From: Ktedonobacteraceae bacterium
GTDB taxonomy: Bacteria; Chloroflexota; Ktedonobacteria; Ktedonobacterales; Ktedonobacteraceae
Direction: 5' to 3'
Assembly (NCBI GenBank): GCA_039937055.1
Contig: JBDTHH010000662.1
Coordinates: 1-39,962 of the forward strand
DNA length: 39,962 nt
In this document: positions 35,842-39,962 of the stretch, piece by piece
How positions within the stretch are numbered: position 1 is the first letter of the stretch
Layout: each line of letters begins with the position of its first letter
Made by a program: the position numbers and the translations under genes
Notes under the pieces: model-generated
Told to the model about the DNA's origin: nothing
Databases searched by the model: none
The model's input: only the letters and a program-made list of their open reading frames with translations

Positions 35842-36114
35842 ATGTGCCTTGGTATTCCGGGTCAGATTATAGATATCGTGGACGATGCCAATTCCATCGC
35901 CAAAGTGAATGTTTCCGGCGTGAGACGCAACGTGAGCATCGCCCTTGTGCGTCCAGAAGGCATTGAGCCGGGAGATTGGGTCTTGATCCACGTAGGCTTT
36001 GCCATGAGTAAAATTGACGAGCATGAGGCGCGCGAGACCATGAAGGCCCTCCTGCTCATGGGAGAGGCGTATACCGACGAAATCGATATGCTGCACACCA
36101 GTCAAATTGAGTAA
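35842..36114 (+). CDS. hypC: HypC chaperone (mirror copy)
   Basis: Exact reverse-complement twin of 3849..4121(-). Confidence 0.93.
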   Translation: MCLGIPGQIIDIVDDANSIAKVNVSGVRRNVSIALVRPEGIEPGDWVLIHVGFAMSKIDEHEARETMKALLLMGEAYTDEIDMLHTSQIE

Positions 36115-36218
36115 CAGACGCTTCCCCTCTCGCGTAGGGACCCGGCTTGCCGCATCCGTCCAGATTGAGTGACGGACGCTTCCCCTCTCGCGTAGGGACC
36201 CGGCTTGCCGCATCCGTC
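36103..36218. repeat. Two tandem 58-bp units (mirror copy)
   Basis: Twin of 3745..3860. Confidence 0.9.
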
Positions 36219-36278
36219 ACTCTGCCCAATGAAGCTTGATGAAACAGGAGTATATGGTCATGACAAGGAGGCAGGTTG

Positions 36279-36890
36279 ATGCCAACTGAGATGGATGTGC
36301 CGCAACTGAAGGCGCTCGTGACAGCGCGCTTTGCACAAAGTATGGCTGTCCCTGAGATATTCTTTGCGGCAGAGGCGGAACGCATAGCCGCGTGTTGCTG
36401 GGCCATGGCGCGTCGCTTCCACCAGGGAGGACGTTTGCTAGCCTTCGGCAATGGCGCGCTGGCAACCGATGCGCAACACGTTTCCGTCGAGTTTGTGCAT
36501 CCAGTGATCGTTGGCAAGCGAGCGCTCCCCGCCCTGGCGTTGACGAACGATAGCGCCGCGCTCAGCAGTCAAAATGAGGGCTACGCTGAAACGCCCTATG
36601 TGCGTCAGCTCAAGGTGCTGGCCCGACCGCAGGATATCGCCATGGGCTTCTCGCTGGATGGCAACAGCCCGAACGTGGTGGCAGCTCTGGAAACAGCAAA
36701 GCACATGGGTTTACTGACTTTGGGTCTCACAGGAGGAAATGGTGGGTTGCTGAAAGAGAGCGAGGCCGATTACTGTTTCGTTGTGCAGACCAGCGATCCA
36801 ATGGTCATCCAGGAGACCCATGAGACGCTTTACCACATTTTATGGGAGCTGGTGCATATCTACTTCGAACATGAGGGATTACTCACATGA
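36279..36890 (+). CDS. SIS-domain protein, paralogue 1 (mirror copy)
   Basis: Exact reverse-complement twin of 3073..3684(-). Confidence 0.85.
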   Translation: MPTEMDVPQLKALVTARFAQSMAVPEIFFAAEAERIAACCWAMARRFHQGGRLLAFGNGALATDAQHVSVEFVHPVIVGKRALPALALTNDSAALSSQNEGYAETPYVRQLKVLARPQDIAMGFSLDGNSPNVVAALETAKHMGLLTLGLTGGNGGLLKESEADYCFVVQTSDPMVIQETHETLYHILWELVHIYFEHEGLLT

Positions 36891-37174
36891 GCAACGAGCA
36901 AAGGCCATCTATTGAGCTGACAGAGTTTGGAACTTCCAACAATAGCGCCAGTTGCGAACTTGATACAGAGGGACATTGCATCACCTGTTCCGACGAGGCA
37001 TTAGAGGCTCGCGTGCTGCGCGTCGATCAACAATTGGGGGTCGCCTTTGTGACGATCAGCAATGCGCTGGAAGAAGTTGATATTTCGCTGGTAGACGATG
37101 TTGGCGCGGGAGATATGTTGCTGGTGCATGGCGGCGTGGCTATTTCACGAGTAGGCGAGGCGCATGATGCCTGA
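36887..37174 (+). CDS. HypC/HupF-family-like CxxC protein (mirror copy)
   Basis: Exact reverse-complement twin of 2789..3076(-). Confidence 0.72.
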   Translation: MSNEQRPSIELTEFGTSNNSASCELDTEGHCITCSDEALEARVLRVDQQLGVAFVTISNALEEVDISLVDDVGAGDMLLVHGGVAISRVGEAHDA

Positions 37175-37841
37175 TAGCGAAGGGTCAGAGTACGACCGGC
37201 TCTTTTATCCCTATCTCTTTGAGGGAGGCAAGTCCAGCATAGAGGACGTGCAGGCCCAGGTGCAACACTCGACGCTTGAGAAGTGTCGAGAGGTGATAGC
37301 CCTGCGGCGCGCAACGCTCGCATATTCCCTGGAGTCCATCATTGCTGCTGGCCGCGCCATGGCGCTCGCCTTCGCGCATGGAGCCACGCTGCTGGCTTTC
37401 GGCAATGGCGGAAGTACGACTGACGCCCAGGATCTGGTGGCCGACCTGCTGACTCCGCCTTTTCCCGACTGGACGCCTCTGCCTGCCATCGCCCTTACCA
37501 ACGACATCGCGGTCGTCACGGCCGTCGCCAACGATGTCGGGTTTGACAATATCTATGCGCGACAGATGATTGCCTTCGGGCGCCGGGGCGATATCGCCGT
37601 GGGTATTTCAACCAGCGGCAATTCGACCAACGTCCTGGTAGCGCTTGAACAGGCAAAGAAGCAGGGGTTGCTGACCATCGGGCTGGCTGGTTATGACGGT
37701 GGAAAAACCGCGCGCTCGCCGGCAGTAGACTATTGCATCACCTCGCCCAGCGACCACATCCCGCGCATCCAGGAGGCGCACGCAACAGCCTATCATGCGC
37801 TTCTTGAGGTAATTCAGGCAGTATTGAGGTCCACATCTTAG
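37164..37841 (+). CDS. SIS-domain protein, paralogue 2 (mirror copy)
   Basis: Exact reverse-complement twin of 2122..2799(-). Confidence 0.85.
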   Translation: MMPDSEGSEYDRLFYPYLFEGGKSSIEDVQAQVQHSTLEKCREVIALRRATLAYSLESIIAAGRAMALAFAHGATLLAFGNGGSTTDAQDLVADLLTPPFPDWTPLPAIALTNDIAVVTAVANDVGFDNIYARQMIAFGRRGDIAVGISTSGNSTNVLVALEQAKKQGLLTIGLAGYDGGKTARSPAVDYCITSPSDHIPRIQEAHATAYHALLEVIQAVLRSTS

Positions 37842-37903
37842 ATGGACAGTTACAACGCTGCGTGCCCGGTAGTTTTAAAGCAAGGACCAGAAGGAGAAGT
37901 TCC

Positions 37904-39052
37904 ATGGACATGAAATATGTTGACGAGTATCGCGATCCTGAACTGGCAAAGCGCATCTGTGAAGAAATTGCGAAACTCTCAGCTTCCCGACCTCTCAAGT
38001 TTATGGAGGTGTGCGGGGGCCATACGCATACTATCTATAAGCATGGCATCGAGGATGTCTTGCCGCCCAACATCGACCTGGTGCATGGGCCGGGCTGCCC
38101 TGTCTGTGTCTTGCCGATGGGCCTCATCGATGATGCCATCGCCATGGCGCGTCTGGATGGCGTGATCTTCACGACCTTTGGCGACATGATGCGCGTGCCT
38201 GGCTCAAAAGGCAGCCTGCTGGATGCCAAAGCCGACGGGGCTGATGTGCGCTTCGTCTACTCGCCGCTCGATGCCCTCAAGCTTGCTCGCCAGCATCCCG
38301 AGCGCCAGGTCGTCTTCTTCGCCATCGGCTTTGAGACCACCGCTCCCTCGACCGCCGTCACTCTCATGCGCGCAAAGGCCGAAGGGATCAAGAATTTCTC
38401 AGTCTTCTGCAATCATGTCACGATCATTCCTGCCATGAAAGCCATTCTTGACTCACCCGACCTGCGCCTGGACGGTTTCATCGGCGCCGGCCATGTCAGT
38501 ATGGTGATCGGCATGCGTCCCTACAACTTTGTGGCGCGTGACCACCACAAGCCCGTGGTGATCGCCGGCTTCGAACCGCTGGATATCATCCAATCGGTCT
38601 ACATGCTGGTGAAGCAGCTAGACGAGGGTCGCGCCGAGGTCGAGAATCAGTATGCGCGCGTCGTGCGAGCGGAGGGCAATGTGAAAGCGCTTCAGGCCAT
38701 GGCTGCCACCATGGAACTCCGACCGTTCTTCGAGTGGCGCGGCCTGGGCTTCATCACGCACAGCGCCTTGAAGCTGCGTTCAGAGTATGTCGATTGGGAT
38801 GCCGAGGCGCGCTTCCAGGTGCCTGGTCTGCGTGTGGCTGACCCCAAGGCCTGCCAGTGCGGCGAGGTGCTCAAGGGCGTCATTAAGCCCTGGGAGTGCA
38901 AAGTCTTCGGAACTGCCTGCACGCCTGAGACACCCATCGGCACGTGCATGGTGTCGCCGGAGGGCGCATGCGCCGCGTACTTCAACTACGGGCGCTTCTC
39001 TATGGCATCTGAGCGCACACGCCTCTCAATTCTACCCATGGCCAGATCGTAG
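37904..39052 (+). CDS. hypD: HypD (mirror copy)
   Basis: Exact reverse-complement twin of 911..2059(-). Confidence 0.95.
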   Translation: MDMKYVDEYRDPELAKRICEEIAKLSASRPLKFMEVCGGHTHTIYKHGIEDVLPPNIDLVHGPGCPVCVLPMGLIDDAIAMARLDGVIFTTFGDMMRVPGSKGSLLDAKADGADVRFVYSPLDALKLARQHPERQVVFFAIGFETTAPSTAVTLMRAKAEGIKNFSVFCNHVTIIPAMKAILDSPDLRLDGFIGAGHVSMVIGMRPYNFVARDHHKPVVIAGFEPLDIIQSVYMLVKQLDEGRAEVENQYARVVRAEGNVKALQAMAATMELRPFFEWRGLGFITHSALKLRSEYVDWDAEARFQVPGLRVADPKACQCGEVLKGVIKPWECKVFGTACTPETPIGTCMVSPEGACAAYFNYGRFSMASERTRLSILPMARS

Positions 39053-39073
39053 ATATGCACTAAGGAAGGTACT

Positions 39074-39962
39074 ATGGATACGTTTGTAACAGGTGACGCG
39101 ACACGCTTGGATGACATCCTGAAGAAGATCGAGCGCAGTAAACAGGCGCGCCGCCATAAATTCTATTTGCGCGATGAAAAGATTACCCTCAGCCATGGCA
39201 GCGGCGGAAAATCTACGCACAATCTCATCGAGGGGGTTATCGCGCCAGCTTTCTCCAATCCCATGCTCGATCCCATGGATGATGCCGCCACCTTCGCCAT
39301 TGAGGGAACGGACCAGCGGATGGCCTTCACGACCGACACCTACGTTGTCAGCCCACTTTTCTTCCCAGGGGGAGATATCGGAAAACTGGCCGTGCATGGC
39401 ACGATCAACGACCTTGCCATGTCCGGGGCTGTACCTTTATACCTCTCGGCGGGCTTTATCCTGGAGGAAGGCTTTCCCATTGCTGACCTGCGCACCATCG
39501 TCGCCTCGATGGCCAGCGCGGCGGCGGCCGCGGGTGTGGCCATTGTGACAGGCGATACGAAGGTCGTCCAGCGCGGCAAAGCTGATGGCATGTTCATCAA
39601 CACGGCAGGGATTGGGATTATTCGCGCGCCCTTAGCGATCGGACAGACCTGCTTGCAGCCGGGAGACCGGGTGTTATTGAGCGGGCCGGTGGGAGATCAC
39701 GGTATCGCTATTATGCTGGCACGCGAGGCGCTTGAAATCGAAACGGACATTCAAAGCGATAGCGCGCCGCTCCACACGCTGGTCGCCGCTCTGCTGGAAG
39801 CGGCAGGCGCTGGCATCCATTGTCTGAAAGACCCAACGCGCGGCGGGGTCGCGACTTCACTCAACGAGATGGCCCTGGGGTCGGAGGTTTCAGTTGCGCT
39901 TGACGAGCAGGCTATTCCCGTGCATGCCGAGGTGCGCGGCGCCTGCGAAATTCTGGGCCTCG
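39074..39962 (+). CDS. hypE: HypE, 3' end truncated by the window edge (mirror copy)
   Basis: Exact reverse-complement twin of 1..889(-). Confidence 0.93.
   Translation, partial: MDTFVTGDATRLDDILKKIERSKQARRHKFYLRDEKITLSHGSGGKSTHNLIEGVIAPAFSNPMLDPMDDAATFAIEGTDQRMAFTTDTYVVSPLFFPGGDIGKLAVHGTINDLAMSGAVPLYLSAGFILEEGFPIADLRTIVASMASAAAAAGVAIVTGDTKVVQRGKADGMFINTAGIGIIRAPLAIGQTCLQPGDRVLLSGPVGDHGIAIMLAREALEIETDIQSDSAPLHTLVAALLEAAGAGIHCLKDPTRGGVATSLNEMALGSEVSVALDEQAIPVHAEVRGACEILGL

Larger units (their letters stand above)
1..39962. repeat. Window-spanning perfect inverted repeat (palindrome): arm 1..19981 is the exact reverse complement of arm 19982..39962, zero spacer, symmetry x -> 39963-x
   Basis: Every ORF in the track has an opposite-strand twin with identical translation and coordinates summing to 39963 (e.g. 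12222..14018(-) / 25945..27741(+)). The first ~80 nt are the reverse complement of the last ~80 nt. Spot-checked intergenic stretches mirror exactly. The axis lies inside ...gcgcatctgc|gcagatgcgc... between 19981 and 19982. Confidence 0.97.

Noticed and set aside
1-39962. The two arms as a genuine duplicated hydrogenase locus, or as terminal inverted repeats of a giant composite transposon
   Set aside because: There is no spacer and no transposase or integrase. Identity is 100 percent over 19,981 bp, including a shared frameshift, and the arms are truncated at the same base inside hypE. This pattern fits a fold-back of one template, not two evolving copies.

Overview
The window is one perfect palindrome. 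Bases 1..19981 are the exact reverse complement of 19982..39962 (x -> 39963-x, no spacer), so only 19,981 bp are unique and every feature occurs twice in mirror orientation. This is most likely a fold-back assembly or sequencing chimera; a biological palindrome is less likely.

The unique arm carries three blocks.

(1) A co-directional, tightly packed operon of about 15 kb and 20 genes for a group 1h/5 (Hhy-type, 'high-affinity', Tat-less) [NiFe]-hydrogenase. In order:
- small subunit
- large subunit (L1 TSRICGICGDNH, L2 SFDPCLPCGVH)
- a 77-aa disordered ORF
- a NifU-like (HhyE-like) protein
- four conserved unknowns, one split by a -1 frameshift
- the maturation endopeptidase
- a 34-aa membrane peptide absent from the ORF track
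- hypA, hypB, hypF, hypC
- a 58-bp tandem repeat
- a SIS / HupF-like / SIS triplet
- hypD and a window-truncated hypE

(2) A 688-bp AT-rich divergent control region with a 19-bp perfect palindrome over the putative hhyS promoter.

(3) Five further genes running up to the symmetry axis: a biotinyl-domain::carboxyltransferase fusion, an amidinotransferase-fold enzyme, a DUF1801-like protein, a small membrane protein and a VOC/glyoxalase-family protein.

I recognised no rRNA, tRNA, CRISPR array, transposase or integrase. All family calls come from motif recognition by eye; no database search was possible. The taxon cannot be assigned, though the gene content resembles aerobic H2-scavenging soil Actinobacteria/Chloroflexota.
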